Assembly: GCA_964429065.1 (NCBI GenBank)
Contig: CAYSAZ010000001.1
Location: 4,078 to 68,077, forward strand
Length of the DNA: 64,000 nucleotides
Direction of reading: 5' to 3'
DNA from: an uncultured Rhodobacterales bacterium
GTDB taxonomy: Bacteria; Pseudomonadota; Alphaproteobacteria; Rhodobacterales; Rhodobacteraceae
Shown: one piece after another, positions 1 to 10,738 of the stretch
How positions within the stretch are numbered: position 1 is the first letter of the stretch
How the letters are laid out: the number at the start of each line of letters is the position of its first letter
The notes under the pieces: generated by a model
The model's database searches: none
What the model saw: the letters and a program-made list of their open reading frames with translations, nothing else
Told to the model about the DNA's origin: nothing
Position numbers and translations under genes: made by a program

Positions 1-1799
1 CGACACCGGTGCAATTTTACATTGGCCGACGGTTTTATCTGGCTGCGTGGCATGCGTTGCGCGCACGCGCAGGCAACATGGATCAACTGGTTGTTGTTGG
101 TACAAGTGCCGCGTATTTTTACAGTCTCTGGTTGGTTTTAACGCTGCATGAGGCCGCCGCGGGGCATTTGTATTTCGAAGCATCTGCCGTTGTTATCACC
201 CTGATTTTGGCAGGCAAAGTGTTGGAAGCGCGGGCGAAACGTTCGGCCTCATCTGCTTTGCGCGCCCTGATGGCATTGCGCCCGGACAGTGCTGTGGTTT
301 TGCGCGCAGGGATCGAAGCGGAGGTCGCGATTTCCGAGGTTCTGATCGGTGATGTGATCATTATCAAACCCGGCGAACGTCTGCCCGTTGACGGGGAAAT
401 AATTCGAGGCGAATCCGAGCTGGATGAGAGCCTGATAACTGGAGAATCGATGCCGGTATTGCGCACCAAAGGTGACAGCGTTGTTGCTGGGGCGATTAAT
501 GGTTCGGGACTGTTGCGGGTCCGGGCGCAAAAAATTGGCCAAGACACGACGCTTTCAAAAATTGCTACAATGGTCGAGCGGGCGCAAACCGGCAAGGCAC
601 CGATTCAAAAGCTGGTGGACAGGGTTAGCAGCATTTTTGTGCCTGTTGTGCTGGTAATCTCGGGACTGACTTTTGCGGGTTGGTTGTTTAGCGGTGCAGC
701 GTTTGAGGTTGCCTTGGCTTCGGCAATCGCGGTGCTGGTGATCGCATGCCCCTGTGCGTTGGGGCTGGCAACACCAACGGCACTTGTTGCAGGCACCGGG
801 GTGGGCGCGCGCCACGGAATTTTGATTCGCGATATTGAGGCGTTGGAGCGCGCTAAAAGTATTGATACTGTGGTTTTTGATAAAACCGGCACCCTGACTA
901 TGGGTAAGCCAAAGATTGTCGAGATGCAAAGTTTTGGTATTTCTGAGGATGAAATGTTAACTATTGCCGCCTCAGCGCAGATGGGGTCGGAACACCCGTT
1001 GGGGGTAGCAATGGTTGCTGCTGGCAAGGCGCGAAAACTGCCGCTGTTAGCCCCCACGACGTTCAAGGCGAAAATTGGCGCGGGTATTGTGGCAACGCTG
1101 GGGGACGCGCAAATTTTGGTGGGGCGGCAGGCTTTTGCGACATCTGATGCGAGCGAAAAGATGAAAAACACCGCGCGGCTTATGGCTGAAAAAGGTCAAA
1201 CGGTGGTTTGGGTGGTGCGCAATGGCGATATACTCGGGCTGGTTGGCATGGCCGACACACCGCGCCCGCAGTCTGGGGCGGCGATTGTGGCGCTGAAAGC
1301 GAAAGGTATTCGCACGATGTTATTGACGGGGGACAATGCGCAAACGGCAGCAAATATTGCCACAGCGCTCGGGATTGATGAGGTGAAATCCGAGATGCGC
1401 CCCGAAGATAAAGTTGCTGAAATCAAGGCGCTTGTAGCTGACGGGCGCCATGTTGCTATGGTCGGTGACGGCGTGAATGACGCGCCAGCATTGGCTGTTG
1501 CCGACCTTGGTATTGCCATGGGGGGCGGTGCGGATGTGGCATTGGAAACGGCTGGATTTGTGTTGATGCGCCCTGATCCAATGCTTGTCGTCGCGGCACT
1601 GGATATTGCCAAAGCCACGTCACATAAAATCCGCCAAAACTTGTTTTGGGCCTTTGTTTACAATATGATAGGCATTCCGATTGCTGCGCTGGGCTTTTTA
1701 AATCCGGCATTGGCCGGGGCCGCAATGGCATTTTCAAGCGTCAGTGTTGTCAGCAACTCATTACTATTGAAACGCTGGCAACCGGAGGCAGAAAAATGA
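1..1799 (+). CDS. copA: Cu(I)-translocating P1B-type ATPase, 5' end outside the window
   Basis: ORF 9..1799 stays open to the left edge. Motifs: ITGES, CPC membrane metal site ([11 protein letters not shown]), DKTGTLT phosphorylation site, [13 protein letters not shown] hinge. Confidence 0.9.
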   Translation, partial: TPVQFYIGRRFYLAAWHALRARAGNMDQLVVVGTSAAYFYSLWLVLTLHEAAAGHLYFEASAVVITLILAGKVLEARAKRSASSALRALMALRPDSAVVLRAGIEAEVAISEVLIGDVIIIKPGERLPVDGEIIRGESELDESLITGESMPVLRTKGDSVVAGAINGSGLLRVRAQKIGQDTTLSKIATMVERAQTGKAPIQKLVDRVSSIFVPVVLVISGLTFAGWLFSGAAFEVALASAIAVLVIACPCALGLATPTALVAGTGVGARHGILIRDIEALERAKSIDTVVFDKTGTLTMGKPKIVEMQSFGISEDEMLTIAASAQMGSEHPLGVAMVAAGKARKLPLLAPTTFKAKIGAGIVATLGDAQILVGRQAFATSDASEKMKNTARLMAEKGQTVVWVVRNGDILGLVGMADTPRPQSGAAIVALKAKGIRTMLLTGDNAQTAANIATALGIDEVKSEMRPEDKVAEIKALVADGRHVAMVGDGVNDAPALAVADLGIAMGGGADVALETAGFVLMRPDPMLVVAALDIAKATSHKIRQNLFWAFVYNMIGIPIAALGFLNPALAGAAMAFSSVSVVSNSLLLKRWQPEAEK

Positions 1800-2185
1800 A
1801 TATCGGCGAGGTTTCAAGCAAAAGCGGTCTGCCGGCAAAAACCATCCGGTATTATGAAGATATCAGGCTGATCACGCCGGACCGAACCCCAAATGGGTAC
1901 CGTGATTTTAGCGATATTCACCTGCATAAACTGGCGTTTTTACAACGCACCCGCGGGCTGGGGTTTTCTATTGAAGATTGTCGCGTGCTGCTGTCACTTT
2001 ACGAAGACACAACGCGCGCCAGCAGCGACGTAAAAGCCATGGCTCAGGAGCATTTGGGCAAAATTTCGCAAAAAATTACAGAATTGCAAGCCATACGCGC
2101 CACACTTTTTGAACTTGTGAACAAATGTCAGGGTGATGATCGCCCGGATTGCCCGATTCTTAAAGGATTGGCCGGGGAAATATGA
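1796..2185 (+). CDS. cueR: MerR-family Cu(I)-responsive transcriptional regulator
   Basis: Internal ATG at 1796 overlaps the copA stop (ATGA). N-terminal MerR HTH ([21 protein letters not shown]). C-terminal C-x7-C (CQGDDRPDC) is typical of CueR/HmrR. Confidence 0.85.
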   Translation: MNIGEVSSKSGLPAKTIRYYEDIRLITPDRTPNGYRDFSDIHLHKLAFLQRTRGLGFSIEDCRVLLSLYEDTTRASSDVKAMAQEHLGKISQKITELQAIRATLFELVNKCQGDDRPDCPILKGLAGEI

Positions 2186-2198
2186 GAAGGGATTGAAG

Positions 2199-2609
2199 AT
2201 GAAAATGAAAATAATTTTGGCTATTATAGTGGTGCTTGCAATCGCATTTGGCTTTTGGATGTATATGGGTATGCAGCACAAAAAGATGATGGATGTGGGG
2301 GGCATGGAGGGGCTGGTTATTCCAGAGTTCTCACACATCGCACAGACTGGTCGGATAGCGTTTGAAGAAAACTGCGCGGCCTGCCACGGGATTAATGCTG
2401 TGGGCACCCAACAAGGCCCATCATTTTTGCATATGATTTACAAAGCGGGTCATCACGGCGATGGTGCGTTCTATAATGCCGCCAAAAATGGCGTGCGGGC
2501 GCATCACTGGCCCTTTGGCAATATGCCTCCGGTGCAGGGAATCAGCGATGATGAGATTGGCGTAATTATCAAATATGTTCGGGAATTGCAGGCCGCAAAC
2601 GGGTTTTAA
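2199..2609 (+). CDS. Membrane-anchored class I c-type cytochrome
   Basis: Start MKMKIILAIIVVLAIAFGF gives one N-terminal TM helix. Single CxxCH heme site (CAACH). Lies 13 nt after cueR. Confidence 0.75.
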   Translation: MKMKIILAIIVVLAIAFGFWMYMGMQHKKMMDVGGMEGLVIPEFSHIAQTGRIAFEENCAACHGINAVGTQQGPSFLHMIYKAGHHGDGAFYNAAKNGVRAHHWPFGNMPPVQGISDDEIGVIIKYVRELQAANGF

Positions 2610-2612
2610 TCT

Positions 2613-3074
2613 TTAAACCCAGCGCCGAACCTGAGTGCAATACGCGCTGAAAATGTCGCCGAATTCTGCCAGCATATAGCTCTCTTCGTGTTTGATAAAT
2701 CGGGCATTTATGATGCTGACAAAGGCAATTATCGAAATAAGGCCCACAATCGAGCCATAAATCAGAACCAGCCCGATCAGGATCATCAGGTCCGCCAGAT
2801 AAATCGGGTTGCGTGAGAAACGGTAGGGGCCAGTTGTGATCAGGCTTTCGGGCGTACGTTTGGGGATAACGGACGTGCGGTGGCGCCAGAACAGATAGGC
2901 GCTGAACACCATCAGAATGACGCCGGCAACGATCAAAGTCCAGCCTAGCAGCCCAAGGATTTTTATGGGGTAAGACAGGCTCGGGAAAGCGCGGGATAAC
3001 AGCCAGACCTGAGACATTGCAAACAGCAGCCAGATCGGGGGCCAATCAAAAAATGTGACAAAGAACTTTTTCAT
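2613..3074 (-). CDS. Isoprenylcysteine carboxyl methyltransferase (ICMT)-like / phospholipid methyltransferase family membrane protein
   Basis: 153 aa, multi-TM. Contains TTGPYRFSRNPIYLADL, which is characteristic of the ICMT/PEMT fold. Confidence 0.7.
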   Translation of the reverse strand: MKKFFVTFFDWPPIWLLFAMSQVWLLSRAFPSLSYPIKILGLLGWTLIVAGVILMVFSAYLFWRHRTSVIPKRTPESLITTGPYRFSRNPIYLADLMILIGLVLIYGSIVGLISIIAFVSIINARFIKHEESYMLAEFGDIFSAYCTQVRRWV

Positions 3075-3082
3075 ATCTGCCT

Positions 3083-3919
3083 TTACGGATTGATGATTTC
3101 AAAGGTTAGAGAAGCCCACAGACTGTGCCAGACAGTGCCGGTACGCTCGATATCTTTAGCAAACGGGATGATCATATGCACCGCATTAACCAGATATTCC
3201 CCGGGCATTTGCACAGGGATTATCGCGCGGCCATCTGCATCGGTTTTGACATGGATTTTTGTGGTCTCGACACTGTCAGATTTATGGAAAACATCGATTT
3301 GAATGTCGGCTAACCCTTGCCCTTGCCATAATAATTGCACCGGCAAACCGTCGGTCAGATCGTCAGTATAGGGGTTGGCCAGGGCGACCAGTTCAAAATG
3401 CATGCCCGTAGGCGCGTCTTGCCCCGCCCCTCCGTTCACGGCAATAAGAGATTTGGCAAACCGCGTGTAACCTTCTTTGAAACCAACGGCCGGAAGCCCG
3501 CGTTCACGGTGCTTTGCCAGCACCCAATCCAACCCTTTGTTTTCAAGGAAGCTCACAAATTTTTCGGCGTCCTGATAGATCAGTCGTTGGGACGTGGAAA
3601 AATGGTTAAGTACTATTAACCCGTCATTCTTAGGGATGATTTCTACTGCCGGCATGTCGCCGATACGCCCTTCAATGGGTGTTTTTCCATGGCTGTCTGT
3701 TAGCGCGAATTCGTAGAATTGTTCGGGGTTATAACTGTATTCATTACCCTTAAAACCTTGCCCAACACGGATTTCGGCACGCAATTTTTGGCCCGTTTCA
3801 AGGGTGTAATCCTGCGCTTGCAGCCAAAATTCATGGGCAAGGGCTGGCAGGGGCGCAGCCATTAGGCATGTAAATACTATTTTTGATATAAGGCGGATAT
3901 TCGGCATTGGTTCTTCCAT
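3083..3919 (-). CDS. DUF4198-like periplasmic protein (NikK/CbiK-like metal-uptake accessory)
   Basis: Signal peptide ending ALA-HEFWL. Size about 270 aa. An alternative ATG at 3907 (MPNIRL) is possible. Confidence 0.6.
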   Translation of the reverse strand: MEEPMPNIRLISKIVFTCLMAAPLPALAHEFWLQAQDYTLETGQKLRAEIRVGQGFKGNEYSYNPEQFYEFALTDSHGKTPIEGRIGDMPAVEIIPKNDGLIVLNHFSTSQRLIYQDAEKFVSFLENKGLDWVLAKHRERGLPAVGFKEGYTRFAKSLIAVNGGAGQDAPTGMHFELVALANPYTDDLTDGLPVQLLWQGQGLADIQIDVFHKSDSVETTKIHVKTDADGRAIIPVQMPGEYLVNAVHMIIPFAKDIERTGTVWHSLWASLTFEIINP

Positions 3920-3977
3920 TAATATTTGTCAACTGTATGCTTTCCGCTCAAATTCGAATAAGTCAAGGAACATTGCT

Positions 3978-5087
3978 GTGCACAGACTATTTGCCCTCAT
4001 TCTTATCCTGCTGCCAATCGGGGCTATGCCACATGAGCAACGTCCTGCTGTCGCTAACATCGGATTTGGTGAAGGTGCGGTTAAGATTGATATCCGCATG
4101 ACGCTCGAGGCGCTGATTGCCAGAATTGAACCAACGCTGGGTGATACTGCGGAATCGGAAAATGCGGTGCAATATGATGCATTGCGCAAATTGCAGCCTG
4201 CGCAATTGGCCGCCGAATTTAACGAATTTCAAGCCGAATTCCTTGATGGATTGCACTTGATTGTTGACGGCACGTCGCTAAAGGTTGAGGTCATTCAGAC
4301 CCAAATACCAGAGGTTGGCAACAAAGATCTTACCCGCGATTCCCGCATAATATTTAACGCCAAAATTCCTGCAGGCAGCAGCGAAATGCGCTTTGGCTGG
4401 AATGAACAATTTGGCCCTGTTATCATCCGTGTTACGACCCTTGCGGGTGAGGATGGCTATTCCGCCTATCTTACGGGTGGCCAACAGAGCGCGCCGTTTT
4501 CGGTGCTCGGCGTCACGCCTCAATCCAGTGTTATGATATTTATCAATTACATCGTGATTGGCTTTCAACACATCGTGCCCAAAGGGTTGGATCATATCTT
4601 GTTTGTCGTTGGGTTGTTCCTGCTTTCCATCAGAATGCGCACACTTTTGTGGCAAATTTCGGCCTTTACGATTGCGCATACCATATCGCTGGCGCTGGGT
4701 ATGCTTGGCCTTGTCAGCGTCCCTGCGGGGATTGTTGAGCCATTAATTGCGGCCTCAATTGTCTATGTCGGGGTGGAAAATATCTTTGTGAAAGGGCTTA
4801 ACCCCTGGCGGCCCTTTGTCATATTTTTGTTTGGTCTGTTGCACGGGCTGGGCTTTGCCGCAGTCCTGAGCGAGGTCGGCATGCCGCGCGCGCAATTTAT
4901 GCAGGGTCTGATCGGTTTTAACATCGGGGTGGAACTGGGTCAGCTTGCGGTAATTGCCGTTTGTTTCGGGCTGTTTGGCTATTGGTTTGGCCGCAAATCC
5001 TGGTACCGCGCCGTTATCACCACACCGCTGTCACTGATGATTTCACTGATTGCGGCGTATTGGTTCGTGGAACGCATTGCGGTTTAG
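3978..5087 (+). CDS. HupE/UreJ-family membrane protein with a long N-terminal periplasmic extension
   Basis: GTG start with AAGGA 8 nt upstream. Signal peptide followed by His. C-terminal multi-TM domain with HTISLALG and LLHGLGFA motifs. 369 aa versus about 190 aa for classical HupE. Confidence 0.65.
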   Translation: MHRLFALILILLPIGAMPHEQRPAVANIGFGEGAVKIDIRMTLEALIARIEPTLGDTAESENAVQYDALRKLQPAQLAAEFNEFQAEFLDGLHLIVDGTSLKVEVIQTQIPEVGNKDLTRDSRIIFNAKIPAGSSEMRFGWNEQFGPVIIRVTTLAGEDGYSAYLTGGQQSAPFSVLGVTPQSSVMIFINYIVIGFQHIVPKGLDHILFVVGLFLLSIRMRTLLWQISAFTIAHTISLALGMLGLVSVPAGIVEPLIAASIVYVGVENIFVKGLNPWRPFVIFLFGLLHGLGFAAVLSEVGMPRAQFMQGLIGFNIGVELGQLAVIAVCFGLFGYWFGRKSWYRAVITTPLSLMISLIAAYWFVERIAV

Positions 5088-5098
5088 GCTTGCAAAGT

Positions 5099-5118
5099 AA
5101 ATGAACATATGTTCATTT
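5099..5118. promoter_or_regulatory. Perfect 20-bp palindrome AAATGAACATATGTTCATTT, candidate operator of the liu operon
   Basis: Read directly from the sequence. Lies 31 nt upstream of the ivd ATG (5150) and 11 nt after the HupE stop. The AT-rich stem with no loop argues against a terminator. Confidence 0.5.
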
Positions 5119-5149
5119 GCTGATAGCAAGCACCCAAAGGAATCCAGCT

Positions 5150-6313
5150 ATGTTTACCGCATCAATGAATTTTTCCTGTGGAGACGATGTCGAGGCCTTG
5201 CGTGATATGGTCCATCGCTGGGCGCAAGACCGGCTGGCACCAATGGCTGGTGACATCGATAAATCGAATAATTTTCCACCAGAACTCTGGCGCGAAATGG
5301 GTGCGCTTGGCCTGCACGGCATCACGGTTCCCGAGGAATATGGCGGGGCTGGCATGGGCTATCTTGCGCATACGATTGCGGTAGAAGAAATCGCGCGCGC
5401 CTCGGCAAGTGTGTCGCTGTCATACGGTGCGCATTCCAACCTGTGTGTTAATCAAATTAAGTTGAACGGTAGTCATGAGCAAAAGTTAAAATACCTGCCC
5501 GGCCTGATTTCTGGTGAACATGTTGGGGCGTTGGCAATGTCAGAATCCGGCGCCGGATCGGACGTTGTTTCGATGGAACTGCGGGCTGAAAAGAAGAATG
5601 ACCGTTACGTTTTGAACGGCACGAAATACTGGATCACCAACGGCCCGGATGCAGATACGCTGGTGGTGTATGCAAAAACCGACCCCGATGCGGGTTCGCG
5701 GGGCATGACGGCCTTTATCGCTGAAAAATCCATGAACGGGTTTTCCACCAGCCCACATTTTGACAAGTTGGGGATGCGCGGTTCCAATACCGCAGAGCTG
5801 ATTTTCGAGGATGTTGAAATCCCGTTTGAAAATGTACTGGGGGACGAGGGGCGCGGCGTTGCCGTGTTGATGTCGGGTCTCGATTTTGAACGCGTGGTGC
5901 TGTCAGGTATCGGTGTCGGGATCATGCACGCAGTGCTCGATCACATCATGCCCTATATGCATGAACGCAAGCAATTTGGGCAAAGTATCGGAAATTTTCA
6001 GCTTATGCAGGGTAAAATTGCCGACATTTATACGACGATGAATTCGGCGCGTGCATATGTTTACGAGGTAGCAAAATCTTGCGATCGAGGTGAGGTAACG
6101 CGTCAGGATGCTGCGGCGTGTGTTCTCTATGCCTCTGAAAAAGCTATGGAAATGGCGACGCAAGGGGTGCAGGCCATGGGGGGCGCGGGGTATATGAACG
6201 ACAGCCCGCTTTCACGTCTTATGCGCGATGCAAAGCTGATGGAGATCGGGGCTGGAACCAGTGAAATCCGCCGGATGTTGATCGGACGGGAATTGATGAA
6301 GGTGACGGGCTGA
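5150..6313 (+). CDS. ivd: Isovaleryl-CoA dehydrogenase
   Basis: ATG at 5150 preceded by AAAGGA. Acyl-CoA dehydrogenase fold. Operon context with the MCC subunits. Confidence 0.9.
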   Translation: MFTASMNFSCGDDVEALRDMVHRWAQDRLAPMAGDIDKSNNFPPELWREMGALGLHGITVPEEYGGAGMGYLAHTIAVEEIARASASVSLSYGAHSNLCVNQIKLNGSHEQKLKYLPGLISGEHVGALAMSESGAGSDVVSMELRAEKKNDRYVLNGTKYWITNGPDADTLVVYAKTDPDAGSRGMTAFIAEKSMNGFSTSPHFDKLGMRGSNTAELIFEDVEIPFENVLGDEGRGVAVLMSGLDFERVVLSGIGVGIMHAVLDHIMPYMHERKQFGQSIGNFQLMQGKIADIYTTMNSARAYVYEVAKSCDRGEVTRQDAAACVLYASEKAMEMATQGVQAMGGAGYMNDSPLSRLMRDAKLMEIGAGTSEIRRMLIGRELMKVTG

Positions 6314-7917
6314 TGCAGTTAAAATCAAGCATTGTCACAGGTTCCGATACGTTTAAAAATAATGCAAAAGCACATGAATCTGCCCTTGCTGAAATCGCAA
6401 AAGCTGCAGCCGTTGCAGCCGAAGGGGGTAGCAAAAAGGCTCATGACCGCCATTTATCCCGCGGCAAGATGTTGCCACGCCATCGTGTGGCAAACCTGCT
6501 TGATCCGGGTTCGCCATTTCTGGAAATTGGCGCGACGGCTGCACATAATATGTATGACAACGCCGCGCCGGGTGCCGGGGTTATCGCAGGGATTGGCCTT
6601 GTGCATGGTGCCGAAATTATGGTGGTTTGCAATGATGCCACCGTAAAGGGCGGCACCTATTTCCCTATGACAGTTAAAAAACATTTAAGAGCGCAGGAAA
6701 TTGCTGAACAAAATAATCTGCCGTGCGTTTATCTGGTTGATTCCGGTGGTGCTAACCTGCCCCAACAAGACGAAGTTTTCCCGGATCGCGACCATTTTGG
6801 CCGTATCTTTTTCAATCAAGCCAACATGTCGGCCAAGGGCATTCCGCAAATCGCAGTTGTTATGGGGTCCTGTACGGCTGGCGGCGCTTATGTCCCCGCT
6901 ATGTCAGACGTAACGATCATCGTTAAGGAACAAGGGACGATATTTTTGGCCGGCCCGCCACTTGTCAAGGCCGCCACAGGCGAGATCGTCAGTGCCGAGG
7001 ATTTAGGTGGTGGCGACGTGCACACGCGTCAAAGCGGTGTCGCGGATTATTTAGCCGAAAATGACGCACACGCACTGGTGTTGGCACGTCAGGCTTTGGG
7101 AAATTTGAACCGCATAAAACCATCTACTGTTGCGCTGCAAAGCATTGAAGAACCGGCCTATGACCCCACCGAAATTTTAGGCGTTGTTCCGGCTGATCTG
7201 AAAACGCTGTATGATATTCGCGAGGTTATCGCCCGGATTGTCGATGGTTCACGTTTTGATGAATTCAAGGCGCGGTACGGAATTACACTGGTATGTGGTT
7301 TTGCCCATATCATGGGCATGCCGGTTGGTATTATTGCGAACAACGGCGTGTTGTTTTCTGAAAGCGCGCTTAAAGGCGCGCATTTCGTAGAGCTTTGTTC
7401 TCAAAGGAAAATTCCGTTAGTTTTTTTGCAAAATGTCACGGGTTTCATGGTTGGTCAAAAGTACGAAGCCGAGGGTATTGCCCGACATGGCGCCAAGCTT
7501 GTAACTGCCGTTGCTACCACAAAAGTGCCGAAAATCACGATGCTTGTCGGAGGCTCTTTTGGGGCGGGAAATTACGGTATGTCCGGGCGTGCCTACAGCC
7601 CGCGGTTCTTGTGGACGTGGCCAAATTCGCGTATTTCTGTAATGGGTGGCGTGCAGGCTGCAAATGTTCTTGCAATCGTCAAGCGTGAGGCAATTGAACG
7701 ACAAGGTGACACATGGTCAAGCGCGCAAGAAGCTGAATTTAAACGCCCGACAATTGAGATGTTTGAGCGCCAATCTCACCCGCTTTATGCGTCTGCCCGC
7801 CTGTGGGATGACGGTATAATCGACCCACGAAAAACCCGTGAAGTTTTGGCGTTATCACTGATGGCTGCGCTGAATGCACCGATTAAAGACACGCAGTTTG
7901 GCGTGTTTCGTATGTAA
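6313..7917 (+). CDS. mccB: 3-methylcrotonyl-CoA carboxylase beta (carboxyltransferase) subunit
   Basis: 534 aa carboxyltransferase. ATG overlaps the ivd TGA by 1 nt. Confidence 0.9.
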   Translation: MQLKSSIVTGSDTFKNNAKAHESALAEIAKAAAVAAEGGSKKAHDRHLSRGKMLPRHRVANLLDPGSPFLEIGATAAHNMYDNAAPGAGVIAGIGLVHGAEIMVVCNDATVKGGTYFPMTVKKHLRAQEIAEQNNLPCVYLVDSGGANLPQQDEVFPDRDHFGRIFFNQANMSAKGIPQIAVVMGSCTAGGAYVPAMSDVTIIVKEQGTIFLAGPPLVKAATGEIVSAEDLGGGDVHTRQSGVADYLAENDAHALVLARQALGNLNRIKPSTVALQSIEEPAYDPTEILGVVPADLKTLYDIREVIARIVDGSRFDEFKARYGITLVCGFAHIMGMPVGIIANNGVLFSESALKGAHFVELCSQRKIPLVFLQNVTGFMVGQKYEAEGIARHGAKLVTAVATTKVPKITMLVGGSFGAGNYGMSGRAYSPRFLWTWPNSRISVMGGVQAANVLAIVKREAIERQGDTWSSAQEAEFKRPTIEMFERQSHPLYASARLWDDGIIDPRKTREVLALSLMAALNAPIKDTQFGVFRM

Positions 7918-7928
7918 CGGGGGCTTGA

Positions 7929-9890
7929 ATGTTTAGCAAAATTCTTATTGCAAATCGCGGCGAGATTGCTTGCCGTATTATGAAAACAGCGCACAAAATG
8001 GGCGTAAAAACTGTTGCGATCTATTCCGATGCCGACGTTTCAGCCAAGCATGTGGAAATGGCGAATGAGGCTTATCGTGTCGGTCCTGCTGCTGTTGCAG
8101 AAAGTTACCTAAAAATTGACCTAATCATCGAAATTGCCCTGAAATCCGGTGCTGAAGCCATACATCCTGGCTATGGGTTCTTGTCTGAAAACCCGGAATT
8201 TGTCGAATCAGTAAACGCAGCAGGTTTGCGATTTATAGGCCCCTCAGCCCAGGCCATTCGGGCAATGGGATTAAAAGACGCCGCCAAAATCTTGATGGAA
8301 AAGGCGGGTGTACCAGTCGTGCCTGGCTATCACGGAGAAAACCAAGGCAGTAGTTTTCTAGCGCAGCAGGCTAAAAAAATTGGATACCCTGTGTTAATAA
8401 AAGCGCGTGCTGGCGGTGGTGGAAAAGGTATGCGCAAGGTCGAAATACCTGATCAATTCCTCGCAGCTCTGGAAAGTGCGCAACGTGAATCCCTATCGGC
8501 TTTTGGGGATGCGCATTGTTTGATTGAAAAATGGATAACGTCCCCGCGCCATATCGAAATTCAAGTGTTTGGCGATAACTTTGGTAATGTAATTCACTTG
8601 TTTGAACGCGATTGTTCGCTGCAGCGCCGCCATCAAAAAGTAATTGAGGAGGCTCCGGCACCCGGAATGACCCCTGAAATGCGGGAGGCTATGGGCGCTG
8701 CAGCCATTCGATGCACCAAATCGGTAAATTATAGTGGTGCCGGTACAGTAGAATTCATTGTTGATTGCTCAGATGGCCTGCACCCTGATGGGTTTTGGTT
8801 TATGGAGATGAATACGCGCTTGCAGGTAGAGCACCCTGTAACGGAAATGATAACGGGTATAGACCTTGTTGAATGGCAATTACGCATTGCAACTGGAGAA
8901 ACGTTACCACAAACACAAGATAGTTTAACGATAAACGGACATGCGTTCGAGGCACGGATATATGCCGAAGATGTACCTTCTGGATTCTTGCCGGCAACCG
9001 GAAAATTGAATTATATAGCTCTATCAAATACTGCACGCGTTGATAGTGGGATACGGGCCGGTGATGATATAACACCTTGGTATGACCCAATGATTGCAAA
9101 AATTATCGTGCATGGAACAACGCGGAATGAGGCGCTTTCAAAGTTGAGGTATGCGATTTCTGAAAGCCATATTGCCGGAACTAAAACTAATTCAAACTTT
9201 TTGTCGGCCTTGTGTAATCATGCAGAATTTGCAAAAGGAAATGTTGACACTGGCCTCATAGAAAACAACTTGGATATTCTAATAGTTCAACATAAAACTA
9301 ATCAGATAACCTGGGCACTTACAGCTATTTTGGCTTCGGACTTACTAAATGCTACTTCACTTTCCGGTTGGCATGTTTGGACGCCACTTGAACGTTCTCT
9401 ATTATTATCTTCAGATGATAATTTACAAGAATGCGTGGTGTCTTGTATCCAAGCTGGAAAATACCAAATCTTGATAGGTTCGACGGTATTTTTGATTGAA
9501 ATTGAAGTTATCGGTTCAAATTTAATGCGATGGCGGTATGAAAATCAAGTGTTATTGTTACACTATAGTATAGCGGGAAATGAGATCACTCTCTTCCAAA
9601 CAGGAGGGGCTGAGCGTATTGAGATTGTTGATAATTTTTTGACTGATGAAGAGAACACATCTCATAGCGATACGTTGGTTTCACCTATGCCCGGGGTTAT
9701 CAAACTTGTCAAAGCACAAACCGGATCAAAAGTTACCAAGGGCGAGATACTGTTGATTGTCGAGGCAATGAAGATGGAACATACTATTATCTCGGTTCGA
9801 GATGGCATCATTGCCGATGTTTTTGCAAGCCTAAACCAACAAGTTGAGGTTGGTGAGGTTTTGCTGACTTTGGAACCGAAGGATGGGTGA
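7929..9890 (+). CDS. mccA: 3-methylcrotonyl-CoA carboxylase alpha (biotin carboxylase + BCCP) subunit
   Basis: N-terminal biotin carboxylase (ILIANRGEIACR). C-terminal biotinyl-lysine motif EAMKMEH. Confidence 0.9.
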   Translation: MFSKILIANRGEIACRIMKTAHKMGVKTVAIYSDADVSAKHVEMANEAYRVGPAAVAESYLKIDLIIEIALKSGAEAIHPGYGFLSENPEFVESVNAAGLRFIGPSAQAIRAMGLKDAAKILMEKAGVPVVPGYHGENQGSSFLAQQAKKIGYPVLIKARAGGGGKGMRKVEIPDQFLAALESAQRESLSAFGDAHCLIEKWITSPRHIEIQVFGDNFGNVIHLFERDCSLQRRHQKVIEEAPAPGMTPEMREAMGAAAIRCTKSVNYSGAGTVEFIVDCSDGLHPDGFWFMEMNTRLQVEHPVTEMITGIDLVEWQLRIATGETLPQTQDSLTINGHAFEARIYAEDVPSGFLPATGKLNYIALSNTARVDSGIRAGDDITPWYDPMIAKIIVHGTTRNEALSKLRYAISESHIAGTKTNSNFLSALCNHAEFAKGNVDTGLIENNLDILIVQHKTNQITWALTAILASDLLNATSLSGWHVWTPLERSLLLSSDDNLQECVVSCIQAGKYQILIGSTVFLIEIEVIGSNLMRWRYENQVLLLHYSIAGNEITLFQTGGAERIEIVDNFLTDEENTSHSDTLVSPMPGVIKLVKAQTGSKVTKGEILLIVEAMKMEHTIISVRDGIIADVFASLNQQVEVGEVLLTLEPKDG

Positions 9891-10737
9891 GCCTGTTCGC
9901 ATTTATGAAATGTCTCCTCGTGATGGCGTTCAAAACGAAAAAAAGCTGATAGCCACTAAAGATAAGATTTCCCTCATTGATCAACTATCTGATTGTGGTT
10001 TTACCCATATCGAAGCGGCCAGTTTTGTTAACCCTAACTGGGTACCGCAAATGGCTGATGCTAAGGATGTGTTGCGTGGAATCCTTCGGAAAATAGGAGT
10101 GACCTATGGCGCTTTGGCGCCAAATTTACGCGGATATCAGGATGCAATTAGCAGTGGTGTTGATGAAATCGCAATTTTTGGATCGGCTTCAGAAGGGTTT
10201 AGCCAAAAGAACATAAATTGTTCAATAAATGAAAGTTTTATGCGATTCAAGCCAATTTTTTCTGCATTAAATATTGATAATATGAAAGTTCGTGGCTACG
10301 TTTCTTGCGTAATTGAATGCCCGTATGATGGACCAACTCTGCCAAATATGGTCGCTGAGGTTGCTTGGCAGATGTTCGAAATGGGATGTTATGAAATTAG
10401 CCTAGGAGATACAGTGGGAACAGGCACGCCAGATAGTATTTCGCGTATGCTTGATGCCGTATTGACCAGGATTCCGGCCGCGAAATTAGCCGGGCATTAT
10501 CATGATACTAATAATCAAGCGCTCAATAATATTGAAGTAAGTTTAAATCGTGAACTTCGTGTTTTTGACGCATCAGTTGGCGGGCTGGGTGGGTGCCCGT
10601 ATGCCCCTGGTGCAAAGGGAAATGTGGATACGGTTGCTGTTGCGCGCCTTATGGCTGATCTTGGTTATGAAACCGGATTGGATGTTTCAAAGTTGGAAAG
10701 GGTTGCAAAGTTTGCGCAATCACTGCGAAAGGGTTGA
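9883..10737 (+). CDS. hmgL: Hydroxymethylglutaryl-CoA lyase
   Basis: PRDGVQNE motif near the N-terminus. 284 aa. Start overlaps the mccA end by 8 nt. Confidence 0.88.
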   Translation: MGEPVRIYEMSPRDGVQNEKKLIATKDKISLIDQLSDCGFTHIEAASFVNPNWVPQMADAKDVLRGILRKIGVTYGALAPNLRGYQDAISSGVDEIAIFGSASEGFSQKNINCSINESFMRFKPIFSALNIDNMKVRGYVSCVIECPYDGPTLPNMVAEVAWQMFEMGCYEISLGDTVGTGTPDSISRMLDAVLTRIPAAKLAGHYHDTNNQALNNIEVSLNRELRVFDASVGGLGGCPYAPGAKGNVDTVAVARLMADLGYETGLDVSKLERVAKFAQSLRKG

Positions 10738-10738
10738 G

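Noticed and set aside
2601-2620. A GGGTTT-N8-AAACCC inverted repeat spanning the convergent stop codons of the cytochrome c and ICMT-like genes.
   Set aside because: It is only a 6-bp AT-rich stem overlapping coding sequence with no T-run, so it is too weak to annotate as a terminator.
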